64,000 nt of DNA from an uncultured Gammaproteobacteria bacterium (GCA_964518565.1 CAZFGX010000001.1:75046-139045), one strand, 5' to 3'. Positions 41,151-50,782 are shown, numbered from the stretch's first letter. A program made the numbers and translations. Notes: generated by a model not told the origin, from the sequence alone.

Positions 41151-41224
41151 CGGGGCGGAGTTTGACGGTAGAATGCGCGCATGGGGTGCGTGTGGAGGCA
41201 GTTCAATTCTGCCCGCCCCGACCA
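41151..41224 (+). tRNA. tRNA-Pro (anticodon GGG), 74 nt with genomically encoded 3' CCA.
   Basis: Folded by hand. Acceptor CGGGGCG/CGCCCCG (7 perfect bp), discriminator A, then CCA. T-arm GGCAG-TTCAATT-CTGCC. Anticodon arm CGCGC-ATGGGGT-GCGTG with U33, GGG at 34-36 and G37. 4-nt variable loop. The D-stem is weak (GTTT/GAAT with two G-U pairs). A TATAAT box lies at 41136-41141. Confidence 0.7.
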
Positions 41225-41240
41225 AATTTTAAATTCAAAA

Positions 41241-41786
41241 ATGATAAACACAATATCGTTCGCGACTACTAACGAAGGAAAATTAAAAGAAGCTAAAGAA
41301 ATCCTAGATATAGCCATAGAACCATTAAGTTTGGATGTAGATGAAGTACAAACACTCGATCCAATAGTCTGTGCTGAAAAGAAAGCTGAATACGCTTACT
41401 CTAAACATCGTGCGCCATTATTAGTTGAAGATACAACGTTGTTCTTTGATGCGTGGAATGGATTACCGGGCGTATTTATAGATTATTTTATGAAAACACT
41501 AAAAAATGAAGGACTATTACGCTTATTAAAAGATGAAAAAAACAGACAAGCGAAGGCTCAAACCACTTTATGCTATTTTGATGGAACAACAAAACATATA
41601 GTTGTTGGAATAATAGAAGGAACAATATCAGAGTCTCCAAAAGGGGACAGTGGATTTGGATGGGATCCTATATTTATTCCCAATAAGACAAATAAAACGT
41701 TTGCTGAAATGACTTCAGAAGAAAAGAATCATACATCTATGAGAAAAATGGCTTTTGAAGAATTAAAAAAGAAATTAGATTTATAG
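41241..41786 (+). CDS. rdgB: Non-canonical purine NTP pyrophosphatase (ITPase; RdgB/Ham1 family).
   Basis: Start MINTISFATTNEGKLKEAKEIL. Ham1 motifs EDTTLFFDAWNGLPGVF, FGWDPIF, TFAEM and EKN. The gene is noticeably AT-rich. Confidence 0.8.
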   Translation: MINTISFATTNEGKLKEAKEILDIAIEPLSLDVDEVQTLDPIVCAEKKAEYAYSKHRAPLLVEDTTLFFDAWNGLPGVFIDYFMKTLKNEGLLRLLKDEKNRQAKAQTTLCYFDGTTKHIVVGIIEGTISESPKGDSGFGWDPIFIPNKTNKTFAEMTSEEKNHTSMRKMAFEELKKKLDL

Positions 41787-41830
41787 TTTCTTTTTGCCAC
41801 TACCAAGCCACTTTGTTAAAATAACCCAAT

Positions 41831-42655
41831 ATGAAAAGCTTTATCAATGAAACCATTGCCAGTCTAAAAGACAAAACGTACGGCCGGGTTATTATCACCA
41901 AAACCATCAAAGAGTGTTTTATTCATTGGCTAAAAATTGCCCTTGTCTTTTCTGCATTTTATTTAGCTATGGCTATTGTGACTGCAGTATACGAAATTCC
42001 TCAATTACCCAAAATCGCTAAATCAAATTTTCCCAATGGGGAAATCCTTCTCCAAGATGGCCATCTCAGCTCTACTCTAGAACAAAAAACCTTGCTCCAG
42101 ACATCAGATTTTACGGTCACTGTCGATCCATCAGCCAAAATAACCGATCCAGACAGTATTCCATTTGGAGTTCTCATCACCAGTGACAAACTCTATGCCA
42201 AAGCTCCAGACGAGCCAGTCAAAACAATCGAGTTATCTAAATTACCAAATCTGACTCTCTCCAAAGATAGTTTAGCTAAATACTTTTCCGAAAATCAGCT
42301 AAAAATTTTAGGCATAGCTCTGGCGGCTATTCTTATTATTGGCCTAATCGCCACAATAATTTATATTCTTACTCAGGCGATAGGCATGGTAGTTTGGGCA
42401 TCTGTATTTTTTGTCGTTGCCAAAATTCTTCGTAAGCCAATAGAGTATCGCGACATGGTCAAGCTCGTCATTTATGCCAGTGTGCCTTGGCTACTTGTCG
42501 CAAATGTCGTCAATATCACCCCTAACCCTATTTTTTATTGGCTCAACCTGGCTATGTTTACCTTCTTTGTTTTTTCCTGGCTGACCAACCTTCAATCTTC
42601 ACAGATAACCAAAATGCCCTTGAAATCTGAACCAAAAAAGCTCAAACTAAAGTAG
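41831..42655 (+). CDS. Hypothetical polytopic membrane protein (DUF1189/YpjA-like topology).
   Basis: 274 aa with several TM helices. Confidence 0.45.
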   Translation: MKSFINETIASLKDKTYGRVIITKTIKECFIHWLKIALVFSAFYLAMAIVTAVYEIPQLPKIAKSNFPNGEILLQDGHLSSTLEQKTLLQTSDFTVTVDPSAKITDPDSIPFGVLITSDKLYAKAPDEPVKTIELSKLPNLTLSKDSLAKYFSENQLKILGIALAAILIIGLIATIIYILTQAIGMVVWASVFFVVAKILRKPIEYRDMVKLVIYASVPWLLVANVVNITPNPIFYWLNLAMFTFFVFSWLTNLQSSQITKMPLKSEPKKLKLK

Positions 42656-42657
42656 AC

Positions 42658-43641
42658 ATGGCAAAAATCGAGTATGGTCAAATCATCTCTCAGGCCAAAG
42701 AACTGACCTTCAAACACAAATGGCTTTGGGTCTACGGCCTAGCTCTAGCTATTTTTGGTGCCGGCGCCTCCTCCAGTTTTCGTTTTCCAAATAGTAGCAG
42801 TTCTTCAAAGCGTCTCCCAGAAAATCTTCCCCAGCAGCTCCCAGAAAATGTCAAAAATGTTCTTGGTGCTACGACAAGTGCCCTCAAAGACTGGTTTATG
42901 TCCATTCCTGCCAGTACCTGGATTCTTTTTATCATCATTTTCACCGCATCAGTTTGTCTGTCAGTAATTGTTGGCATTATCGTCCAAAATTGGGCCAAAG
43001 CCGCTCTCATATCAGCCACTGCCAAATCAATCACCGCCTCAAACCCCCTCACTCTGTCAGAAACTGCTCCTGCCGGCCGAAAATACATGAAAAATCTATT
43101 TATTTTCTCTCTACTCAATGGTCTTATCTCGACATTTATCATTGCCGGTCTGTCTGTACCACTAATCTTTGTCTATGCTTTAAACATGCCAGTAGCACAA
43201 ATACTTCTCTCGATCATTTTTATCCCCATAATCCTCGTTGCTAGCTTATTTTTAGGCTTTATAACGACATATGGAGAACGGTTAGTAGTCTTACATAATT
43301 TCGAACCCTTCGCCGCATGGAAGCGCAGTTGGTCTTTGGCCAAACGCCATTTTGCTCCCAGCTTTATTATGTCGCTTACCAGCGGTCTAGTTGGTTGCAG
43401 TCTTGGCTGTCTTGCGTCTGTGGCTGTAGTAGTTCTTGTCCTATTTTTTGGTTCCCTCATTTATTTACCCAACTTTTTATATCATACTCAAATCACGCCT
43501 ATACAAATCGGCCTTTCAGCAATTGTTCTCGTCTTACTTGCCAATCTCAATCTTATTTTTGCTGCAGCCCTTCAAGTATTCAATCATCAAGTTTGGACAA
43601 TTTTTGTAAATCAAATTTTAGCTGACGAAAAAAATCTATGA
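42658..43641 (+). CDS. Hypothetical polytopic membrane protein.
   Basis: 327 aa with about 6 TM helices. Confidence 0.45.
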   Translation: MAKIEYGQIISQAKELTFKHKWLWVYGLALAIFGAGASSSFRFPNSSSSSKRLPENLPQQLPENVKNVLGATTSALKDWFMSIPASTWILFIIIFTASVCLSVIVGIIVQNWAKAALISATAKSITASNPLTLSETAPAGRKYMKNLFIFSLLNGLISTFIIAGLSVPLIFVYALNMPVAQILLSIIFIPIILVASLFLGFITTYGERLVVLHNFEPFAAWKRSWSLAKRHFAPSFIMSLTSGLVGCSLGCLASVAVVVLVLFFGSLIYLPNFLYHTQITPIQIGLSAIVLVLLANLNLIFAAALQVFNHQVWTIFVNQILADEKNL

Positions 43642-44636
43642 AAAATCTCGCTACACCATTCCGCCGATTCCTTGCCTGGAAAATAGATCTTGTCCTGGGA
43701 GGTATTTTACCTATCTATTGTATCTATAAAGCCTTTTCCATTGCTTCAGTTTCCAACTTACTCAGCTATGTAGTCTATTTTATTTTAGCAGCTATGGCCG
43801 TCCAAATAATCCTTGGCCTCCTAAATTGCTGGCTGACGACAAAATTTGGTGGTTCGATTGGTAAATTACTGACAGGAATTCGAGTAGTAGATATGGGTGG
43901 CGAATATATTACATTCAAAAAATCTCTATTCCGCTACTATGTTGGGTATACGATTTCTGGTGCGGTACTTGGACTGGGATATTGGTGGGTTTTCAAAGAT
44001 AAAAATCGCCAAACGTGGCATGATCAATTTGTAAACACATTTGTCATTACCAAAAATCCTTCCGCAGTAGCTCTCGGATTTATCACGCTTGTGGTGCTCG
44101 TTGCAGTATTCACATACCTGAGTTTATCCATGCTTACTAACATAGAAAAAAATCAACTTTTTTATCAAGAATCTATCACCGACATTGCCTCATCGCTAAA
44201 AGACAGCTTGGCGCCCAGTCCGACACATACTCCCACTCCTACACCCTCTACTACCCCAGCAATACCTGACCAGCAGCCATCGTCCTCATCAGCGAGTTCG
44301 CCCAGACCTCCCAAAATTGCCGCGACTGTTGAATCTGATATGGTTTCAGCTATTGCGTTAACAATAGACGGTGCCTCTCCAATTTCACCTACTCGTTTCC
44401 CGTGGCAAAATTCAGATAGTACCACCGTCTACACGGAAGGCTTTATCACGATCATTCCTACTAGTGCCCACCAAAAAGCACTAAATTATTTTATCAATAA
44501 CGGCTTTAGTAAATTAAACGAAAACCCGACTACTCACGAACAAATGTGGGTCAAAAATGCCTCTGTCTGTATCCTGTCTCAATATGATCCAAATCAAAAT
44601 TTTGTTGGTTGCTCTCCCAAGCCTTCAGTAAAATAA
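43638..44636 (+). CDS. RDD-family membrane protein with a Pro/Ser/Thr-rich linker and extracytoplasmic C-terminal domain.
   Basis: N-terminal [12 protein letters not shown]...R..W.D typical of the RDD domain. [27 protein letters not shown] linker. Confidence 0.55.
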   Translation: MKNLATPFRRFLAWKIDLVLGGILPIYCIYKAFSIASVSNLLSYVVYFILAAMAVQIILGLLNCWLTTKFGGSIGKLLTGIRVVDMGGEYITFKKSLFRYYVGYTISGAVLGLGYWWVFKDKNRQTWHDQFVNTFVITKNPSAVALGFITLVVLVAVFTYLSLSMLTNIEKNQLFYQESITDIASSLKDSLAPSPTHTPTPTPSTTPAIPDQQPSSSSASSPRPPKIAATVESDMVSAIALTIDGASPISPTRFPWQNSDSTTVYTEGFITIIPTSAHQKALNYFINNGFSKLNENPTTHEQMWVKNASVCILSQYDPNQNFVGCSPKPSVK

Positions 44637-44677
44637 CCCTTGCGTTTTATCTGCAGCATTGTATATTAGGCTTTGGT

Positions 44678-45721
44678 ATGTCTTCGGATCAAAAACTTCA
44701 AGCAATCAAAATCGCAATGGAGCAAATCGAAAAACAATTCGGTAAGGGCTCTATTATGAAGCTCGGCGAAAAAGCCGAAAAACTAAATATCGATGTCATT
44801 CCCACAGGCTGTATTCCTCTAGATGTAGCCTTAGGTATTGGTGGCTTCCCTCGTGGCCGTATTGTCGAAATTTATGGACCAGAAGCCTCAGGTAAAACCA
44901 CGCTCTGTCTCCACTGTATTGCCGAAGCCCAAAAAAGCGGCGGGGCAGCAGCTTTCATCGATGCTGAGCATGCTCTTGACCCGTCTCGTGCTCAAGCAAT
45001 TGGTGTCGACTTAGACAATCTGTATATCTCCCAGCCCGACTCCGGCGAACAAGCCTTAGAAATCGTTGAGACCTTGATCCGTTCAGGTGCGATGGATGTC
45101 ATTGTAATTGACTCAGTCGCCGCACTCGTACCTCGAGCCGAACTAGAAGGCGATATGGGTGACTCAGTCATGGGTGTCCAAGCCCGACTCATGTCTCAAG
45201 CGTTGCGTAAAATTACTGGAGCCATTGCCAAGAGTAAAACAGTTGTCATCTTTACCAACCAGCTTCGTATGAAAATTGGCGTCATGTTTGGCAATCCAGA
45301 AACTACTACCGGTGGTATGGCTCTGAAATTTTATTCCTCAATTCGTATCGACGTCCGAAAAATCGAATCTCTCAAAGATGGTGACGTCGTCTATGGTTCC
45401 CGCCATCGAGCCAGAATCGTCAAAAATAAGCTCGCTCCGCCATTTAGAGTCGCCGAGTTTGATGTCTTAAATGATCGTGGTATTAGTAAGACCTCTGGAC
45501 TCATCGATGTCGGAATCGAGTTAGGCAATCTGACCAAAAAAGGCGCCTTTATCTATTTAGACAACACTATTCTTGGCCAAGGCCGAGCCGCTGCTGGAAC
45601 ATTTTTAGATGAAAATCCTAAAGTAGCCAAACAACTAGAAGATCACATTTGGAAATCAGTCAAAGATGGTAAAAAAACTCTACCCAAAACAGCTGCTAAC
45701 TCAACAGAAGACGAAGAGTGA
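44678..45721 (+). CDS. recA: Recombinase RecA.
   Basis: Internal start [27 protein letters not shown]. Walker [10 protein letters not shown]. The N-terminal extension of track ORF 44609 overlaps the upstream gene and is rejected. Confidence 0.95.
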   Translation: MSSDQKLQAIKIAMEQIEKQFGKGSIMKLGEKAEKLNIDVIPTGCIPLDVALGIGGFPRGRIVEIYGPEASGKTTLCLHCIAEAQKSGGAAAFIDAEHALDPSRAQAIGVDLDNLYISQPDSGEQALEIVETLIRSGAMDVIVIDSVAALVPRAELEGDMGDSVMGVQARLMSQALRKITGAIAKSKTVVIFTNQLRMKIGVMFGNPETTTGGMALKFYSSIRIDVRKIESLKDGDVVYGSRHRARIVKNKLAPPFRVAEFDVLNDRGISKTSGLIDVGIELGNLTKKGAFIYLDNTILGQGRAAAGTFLDENPKVAKQLEDHIWKSVKDGKKTLPKTAANSTEDEE

Positions 45722-46191
45722 ACCCAGACCGTACCAAAATCTTCCAGCACGCCCTAAAACTACTTGCTATTCGAGCCAGGTCAAAAAAAGAATTGCTAGA
45801 TCTACTCTGCAAAAAACATTCCAACATTCAATTAATCAAACAAGTGCTTGAAGAGTTAGAGAAAACCAAATTACTCGATGATCAAGAATTCACTCGCTGG
45901 TATGTAGAATCGCGTTCCAGATCTAGACCTCGTTCAGCCTGGTTACTAAAAAAAGAATTACAAAAATTTGGTATCGATTCCCAGACTGTCGAGGTGTATA
46001 TATCTGAGTCTGACCAGGACTTAGCCCAATCAGCCTTGGACGCCAAAATAGCCCGCTTTAGCAAATTAAACTGGCCTGATTTTCAAATCAAAGCCAGCCG
46101 TTTTTTACACAGCCGTGGCTTTTCGTGGCCAACAATTGAGAAAATCCTAAAAAAATCGTATAATAAGCTACATGTTATTAAACAAGACTAA
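45718..46191 (+). CDS. recX: Recombination regulator RecX.
   Basis: 157 aa helical-repeat protein immediately after recA. GTG start overlapping the recA stop. Confidence 0.75.
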   Translation: MNPDRTKIFQHALKLLAIRARSKKELLDLLCKKHSNIQLIKQVLEELEKTKLLDDQEFTRWYVESRSRSRPRSAWLLKKELQKFGIDSQTVEVYISESDQDLAQSALDAKIARFSKLNWPDFQIKASRFLHSRGFSWPTIEKILKKSYNKLHVIKQD

Positions 46192-46193
46192 TT

Positions 46194-47468
46194 ATGGCTT
46201 TTTACACTCCACCGACCAAGTCGTCGTCACCAACTAACACTCCTCCACAACCAAAAGCAACAATTGCTGATATAGACAATGAGCTAGCTTCTTTACAAAA
46301 GCTTCGTGAAGAATATGTTGAAAAGCTGGAAAAAGCGACAGGATTAAGTAAAGAATCAGCCAAAACCCAACTTCTAGAAGAAACACGTAAGGTCTACGCC
46401 GAAGAGTTTGCAAAAGATTTAGAAAATATTCGTCAACAATTCACCACCGAATCAGCCAAAATTTCTCAGGAAATTCTTATAGATGCCATGCTTCATGGTG
46501 CAACCGAATACACTGCGGAATACACTGTCTCTGTTATTCAACTTCCGAACGAAAATGCGAAAGGAAGCATCATTGGCCAAGGTGGCCGAAATATTGCCGC
46601 CTTCGAACGCGCCACTGGTGTAGAAATGGAAATTGAAGAAGGTAACAGTATTCGCATTTCCTCATTCGATTCACTTCGCCGAGAAGTCGCCCGCAGATCT
46701 CTTGAAGTACTCATAAAAGATGGACGCATTACTCCAACTCGAATAGAAGAAGTTGTTACCCAAACCCGTAAACAGGTTGAATTGGTTCTGATTGATGAAG
46801 GTCGAAAAATTTGTGCCGCCTGCGGTGTCTACAACCTAGATCCAGAATTAATTAACATGATTGGTAGATACCGATTCCGTTTTAGCTATGGCCAAAATCT
46901 GGGTATTCATACAATTGAAGAAACAAAAATTGGCGTCCAGATTGCCTCAGAAATCGGCATGTCTGAAGAACAAATTTTGTTCGTTCGTCTTGGTTGTTTG
47001 CTCCACGATATTGGCAAAGTGGTAACAGATGAAGAGGGGACTCATGTCCAACTTGGAGTACAGCTACTCAAAAAATTTAATCTTCCAGAATTAGTAGTAA
47101 ATGCAGTTGCCGAACATCATGAAGATAAGCCATTCTCTTCTCATGTATCACGCGTAGTCTGGATCGCTGACGCCATTTCCGGCTCTCGTCCAGGGGCACG
47201 ATACGAACCACATGATGCGTATGTCAAACGAATGGAACAAATTGAAAATATCGGTCAAAAATTCCCCGAGGTCTTAGAAATCTTTGCTTTCCAAGCCGGC
47301 CGAGACGTTCGGGTAATTGTGAAACCTGAAGCCATTACTGATGCAGAATTAACTTTATTGGTTGCTCGCATCAAACAAGTTCTAGAAAAAGAAGTTCAGT
47401 ATGTCGGTCAAATAAAAGTCACTGCTATTCGCGAAGTTCGTGCTAGCGATATCACCAAGGCCAAATAA
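46194..47468 (+). CDS. rny: Ribonuclease Y-like (KH + HD domains). No N-terminal TM anchor.
   Basis: KH domain (GSIIGQGGRNIAAFERATGVEMEIEEG). HD domain (LLHDIGKV...AEHHED). Confidence 0.8.
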   Translation: MAFYTPPTKSSSPTNTPPQPKATIADIDNELASLQKLREEYVEKLEKATGLSKESAKTQLLEETRKVYAEEFAKDLENIRQQFTTESAKISQEILIDAMLHGATEYTAEYTVSVIQLPNENAKGSIIGQGGRNIAAFERATGVEMEIEEGNSIRISSFDSLRREVARRSLEVLIKDGRITPTRIEEVVTQTRKQVELVLIDEGRKICAACGVYNLDPELINMIGRYRFRFSYGQNLGIHTIEETKIGVQIASEIGMSEEQILFVRLGCLLHDIGKVVTDEEGTHVQLGVQLLKKFNLPELVVNAVAEHHEDKPFSSHVSRVVWIADAISGSRPGARYEPHDAYVKRMEQIENIGQKFPEVLEIFAFQAGRDVRVIVKPEAITDAELTLLVARIKQVLEKEVQYVGQIKVTAIREVRASDITKAK

Positions 47469-47480
47469 GAGCGCTGCTTC

Positions 47481-47510
47481 TTGACTTCTGGAGCCAATCA
47501 TAATATTTTT
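47481..47510 (+). promoter_or_regulatory. Putative sigma-70 promoter for hup, with a strong RBS (AAAGGAGGTG) at 47526-47536.
   Basis: TTGACT at 47481-47486 and an AT-rich TAATAT/TATTTT -10 region 14-17 nt downstream. Confidence 0.3.
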
Positions 47511-47546
47511 GAGGATATATAGGCATTTTAAAGGAGGTGAAATGAA

Positions 47547-47819
47547 GTGACAAAACAACAAATGTTTGAGGTGGTTGCAAGAAAAGCCCATCTCACAAAA
47601 AAAGCTGCTCGCGACTCTGTTGAAATGTTTTTAGACGAAATCAAAAAATCTTTAGCTAAAGGCGACAAGGTTGTCTTGTCCGGATTTGGAACATTCAAAG
47701 TTGTTCAGGTGAAAGACAAACCCGTGATCGTCCCCGGAACAAAAGAACGCAAAGTCGTCAAAGGTCACCGAGCCGCTCGTTTCACTCCAGGCAAGACTCT
47801 TAAAAAAGCAGTGAAATAA
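47547..47819 (+). CDS. hup: DNA-binding protein HU.
   Basis: GTG start preceded by a GGAGGTG RBS. GFGTFKVVQVKDKPVIVPGTKERKVVKGHRAARFTPGK. Confidence 0.85.
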   Translation: MTKQQMFEVVARKAHLTKKAARDSVEMFLDEIKKSLAKGDKVVLSGFGTFKVVQVKDKPVIVPGTKERKVVKGHRAARFTPGKTLKKAVK

Positions 47820-47838
47820 GTCAGTTATCTCATAACAC

Positions 47839-47864
47839 AAAACGAAGCCAATAGGCTTCGTTTT
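47839..47864 (+). terminator. Rho-independent terminator after hup.
   Basis: AAAACGAAGCC-AATA-GGCTTCGTTTT hairpin with a T-run. Confidence 0.6.
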
Positions 47865-47877
47865 GTTACCAAAATAT

Positions 47878-48729
47878 ATGCAAAAAGTGCTCATAATTTG
47901 CGGACCAACAGCCACCGGAAAATCTCGCCTCGCGCAACAGCTTTCGCATCTATACCCGGCAGATACAATTTCCGCAGATTCTCGCCAAATTTATATTGGT
48001 ACAGATATTGTCACTGGCACAGACCCCACCACCACGTATGGGATAAACTTGGTTAATCCAAACGAGCAATATAGTGTCTCTCAATGGCAAAAATACGCTT
48101 TAGAAAAGATTTCTCATATTCAGTCTCAAAATAGATTGCCAATTGTCGTCGGTGGTACAGGGCTATATATTGCTTCACTATTAAAGAATCTTGAGAGTAT
48201 TCATATTCCACCAAATCCAGATCTGCGCCAAAAACTTTCCGATCTTTCAGTCGCCGAATTGTTTACAAAATTAAACACCCTCTCTCCACAAAAAGCTCAA
48301 GAATTGAATAATTCGGATCGCAATAATCCCCGTCGTCTTATTCGAGCGCTTGAAATAGCAACGACCATCCCCACCAATCTTAATCATTTGCCAGAGTTTG
48401 ATACACTTCAAATTGGTTTAACTTGCGATCTGTCATCAGCAATGAAAAATATTTCCTTGCGAATAGATCAACGAATCGCCTCAGGAGCCCAGATTGAATA
48501 CTCCACACTTATACAAAAAGGCTTTGGTGAATATTTATCAAACATAGCTTCCGGATACACCTACATATCAGACCCTCAAAAATGGCTAACATCAGAGCTA
48601 CAACTATTTCGTCGGCAAAAAACCTGGTTTAAAAAAATGCCAAATATTCATTGGTTTGATATCGATCAAGTCAACACCTCCGAAAAAGTATTCCAACTTG
48701 TATCCGAATGGTATAGTAAAATAAACTAA
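47878..48729 (+). CDS. miaA: tRNA dimethylallyltransferase MiaA.
   Basis: ATG start MQKVLIICGPTATGKSRLAQ (P-loop). The track ORF uses an upstream TTG at 47863 inside the terminator, which is rejected. Confidence 0.85.
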   Translation: MQKVLIICGPTATGKSRLAQQLSHLYPADTISADSRQIYIGTDIVTGTDPTTTYGINLVNPNEQYSVSQWQKYALEKISHIQSQNRLPIVVGGTGLYIASLLKNLESIHIPPNPDLRQKLSDLSVAELFTKLNTLSPQKAQELNNSDRNNPRRLIRALEIATTIPTNLNHLPEFDTLQIGLTCDLSSAMKNISLRIDQRIASGAQIEYSTLIQKGFGEYLSNIASGYTYISDPQKWLTSELQLFRRQKTWFKKMPNIHWFDIDQVNTSEKVFQLVSEWYSKIN

Positions 48730-49718
48730 TGGATAAAAAGTTGGAAATCTCGGAAAAAACTATCCTCTTGACTCTATTATTGCTTCTGGCCGCATGGGTA
48801 ATAATCAAGTTAAATGATGTGCTTATTTTGCTGTTTTTATCATTTATTATTATGTCCGCATTGGACCCCTTGGTAGACCGGCTACAGCGAGCCAAGCTCC
48901 CTCGAAGTCTATCAATTATTATCGTTTACGTAATTTTGTGGCTTGTTCTTGGCAGTCTTCTGGCTGGGCTTGTTCCAGGACTAATTGACCAAACAGGTCG
49001 GTTTATTCGTATCTTGCCCCAGTCTCTAAATCAGATCGAATTCTTCAATGTGCATCAGCAGGAAATCAGCCAACAAACACTTGCCTATGTCAGTTCTATT
49101 CCAGAAAACTTTCTCAAATTTGTGGTTAATCTTTTTGGTAATCTGGTCAACTTTTTATCCACATTAGTTATTTCATTTTATTTGCTTCTTTATCGACCGC
49201 ATTTAGAGAAATATCTCTCTACGTGGATAGGGCAAAAATCTGCCGAAAAAACCACTAAACTTATTGGCAAAATTGAACAGCAATTAGGTAGTTGGGTTCG
49301 TGGCGAACTAGTCTTAATGATTGCAGTCGGAGTTCTAACATATGTTGGATTAGTTGTTTTAGGCGTGGATACAGCGCTTCCATTAGCTATTCTTGCAGGA
49401 TTATTAGAAATAGTTCCTAACATTGGACCTACCTTGTCTGCTATTCCTGCTATTTTAATTGCTCTTACCATCCACCCGCTAACCGCAGCCGGCACTATAG
49501 CCTTGTATTTTATTGTCCAGTTTTTAGAGAACAATTTGCTTGTGCCAAAAATTATGCAAAAAGCTGTCGGAGTTAATCCAATAATGAGTATCGTTGGCCT
49601 AATGATTGGTGTTCGTTTAGCTGGAGCAGCAGGTGCCTTGCTTGCCATCCCAGTTACTATTACGCTTCAAGCCATAATTCCCGAAATTTCCAATCTGCGT
49701 AATTCAACTGAAAAATAA
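48729..49718 (+). CDS. AI-2E family transporter (PerM/YhhT-like; UPF0118).
   Basis: 329-aa polytopic membrane protein with AI-2E-like topology and a conserved C-terminal region. Confidence 0.7.
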   Translation: MDKKLEISEKTILLTLLLLLAAWVIIKLNDVLILLFLSFIIMSALDPLVDRLQRAKLPRSLSIIIVYVILWLVLGSLLAGLVPGLIDQTGRFIRILPQSLNQIEFFNVHQQEISQQTLAYVSSIPENFLKFVVNLFGNLVNFLSTLVISFYLLLYRPHLEKYLSTWIGQKSAEKTTKLIGKIEQQLGSWVRGELVLMIAVGVLTYVGLVVLGVDTALPLAILAGLLEIVPNIGPTLSAIPAILIALTIHPLTAAGTIALYFIVQFLENNLLVPKIMQKAVGVNPIMSIVGLMIGVRLAGAAGALLAIPVTITLQAIIPEISNLRNSTEK

Positions 49719-49725
49719 CTTGTGC

Positions 49726-49983
49726 CTGGAAGCGAATAAGCCAGATTCTGTATTAGTAACCATCTGTCTTTGCCCTCATGCTTTCGGTCTCGGGAAGGCG
49801 TCCTAATAGCGACCGGGTCGGAGGTTGCAGCGGGGAGGATTGCCCGTTTCACCCGAGCTTTACCTCGGTTCGTCACTGTTGCTCTAACTAGCGCTTGCGC
49901 GTCCCCCGCAAAGCGGGGGCACCCTGCCTTCTGCTGTCTGGACTTTCCTCTCCCCAAGGGGAGTAGTTACTGGCTTCCAGGCC
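49726..49983 (-). ncRNA. rnpB: RNase P RNA (bacterial, strongly minimised, about 258 nt).
   Basis: Reverse complement contains P1 (GCCUGGAAGC...GCUUCCAGGC), a P3 hairpin (CUCCCC-UUGG-GGGGAG), P4 5' strand GAGGAAAGUCC, the conserved AGAAGGCAGGGUGCC and GGUAAAGCUCGGGUGAAACGGGCAA regions, and P4 3' strand ACAGAAUCUGGCUUA. The overlapping ORFs 49667-49957 (-) and 49770-50009 (+) are spurious. Confidence 0.75.
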
Positions 49984-50023
49984 AGTCAATTATACCCTTT
50001 CTTAGATAGGTTATAATAAATAT

Positions 50024-50182
50024 ATGCTGCTAAGCATTCTTAGTGATCCAAACGCCTTTCGTGGACTCGTCTCTTTGATCTTTGGTGTGCTCATTCTTAT
50101 GTTCCCAAAGCTCCTAAATTATTTGATCGCATTTTATTTTATTATTACCGGCGTCTCGTTGTTGCTCCCTCATTTGCGCTAA
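50024..50182 (+). CDS. Small 2-TM membrane protein (52 aa, DUF3096-like). Its stop abuts the ATG of the exonuclease gene.
   Basis: MLLSILSDPNAFRGLVSLIFGVLILMFPKLLNYLIAFYFIITGVSLLLPHLR. TATAAT at 50012-50017. Below the 60-aa track cutoff. Confidence 0.4.
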   Translation: MLLSILSDPNAFRGLVSLIFGVLILMFPKLLNYLIAFYFIITGVSLLLPHLR

Positions 50183-50755
50183 ATGCCCAATCTTCTTGCT
50201 CAAAATTCGCTTCCGTTTCGCGATCGTCCATTGTTATTTATAGACTTTGAAACAACTGGACTTGATGTTCGTCAGCATGAAATTATCGAAGTTGCTGCCC
50301 TTGTCGTATCTCCTCACGATTTATCTATCACCAACTCCTACTACACCAAAGTTCTACCAGATCATATTGCTACTGCCGATCCAACATCGTTAACAATCGT
50401 TGGTTACTCAGACAAAGACTGGGAATCAGCTATTCCTCTGCCACAAATGCTGCAAGAATTAAGTCAACTTGCTCCAGATGCACTTTTAGCCGGCTGGTCA
50501 GTACAAACCGAATGGGATTTTCTTATCGCTGCTTTAGAAAAACACGATATGTCTTATTTTTTTACTCACAAACTTATCGAAGTCTACACCTTAGCTTATA
50601 CCCATTTTTATTCAGACCCTACAATAAAATTTTTAAATCTTCGTAATACTGCCAAAGCCTTAGGAATATATCTAGATCAGCACAAGCCTGATTCTGATAT
50701 TCGTGCCACATTTGAAATTTTTAAACGATTAAACACCAAAAACCCCGCTACATAG
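50183..50755 (+). CDS. DEDDh 3'-5' exonuclease (DnaQ/epsilon-like exonuclease domain protein).
   Basis: LLFIDFETTGLDVRQHEIIEVAALVV Exo I motif. Later conserved H/D residues. Confidence 0.7.
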   Translation: MPNLLAQNSLPFRDRPLLFIDFETTGLDVRQHEIIEVAALVVSPHDLSITNSYYTKVLPDHIATADPTSLTIVGYSDKDWESAIPLPQMLQELSQLAPDALLAGWSVQTEWDFLIAALEKHDMSYFFTHKLIEVYTLAYTHFYSDPTIKFLNLRNTAKALGIYLDQHKPDSDIRATFEIFKRLNTKNPAT

Positions 50756-50765
50756 CGGGGTTATT
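50743..50765. terminator. Hairpin shared by the convergent genes 50183-50755 (+) and 50783-50929 (-). Likely a bidirectional terminator.
   Basis: CCCCGCT-ACAT-AGCGGGG followed by TTATT. It overlaps the exonuclease stop codon. Confidence 0.5.
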
Positions 50766-50782
50766 AGAGTAAGACAGATTGC

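Noticed and set aside
41144-41224. A tmRNA (ssrA) call, considered because GGGGCGGAGTTTGACGG resembles the tmRNA 5' end and the 3' end has a T-arm plus acceptor plus CCA.
   Set aside because: The whole element is only 74 nt and folds completely as a cloverleaf with a GGG anticodon loop. There is no room for a pseudoknot/mRNA-like domain, and an rdgB gene starts 16 nt later. Called tRNA-Pro instead.
49667-50009. Track ORFs 49667-49957 (-) and 49770-50009 (+) as protein-coding genes.
   Set aside because: They lie entirely inside a GC-rich structured block that matches RNase P RNA conserved helices (P1, P3, P4 and others). Their Arg/Ala/Gly-rich translations are typical of spurious ORFs in structured RNA.
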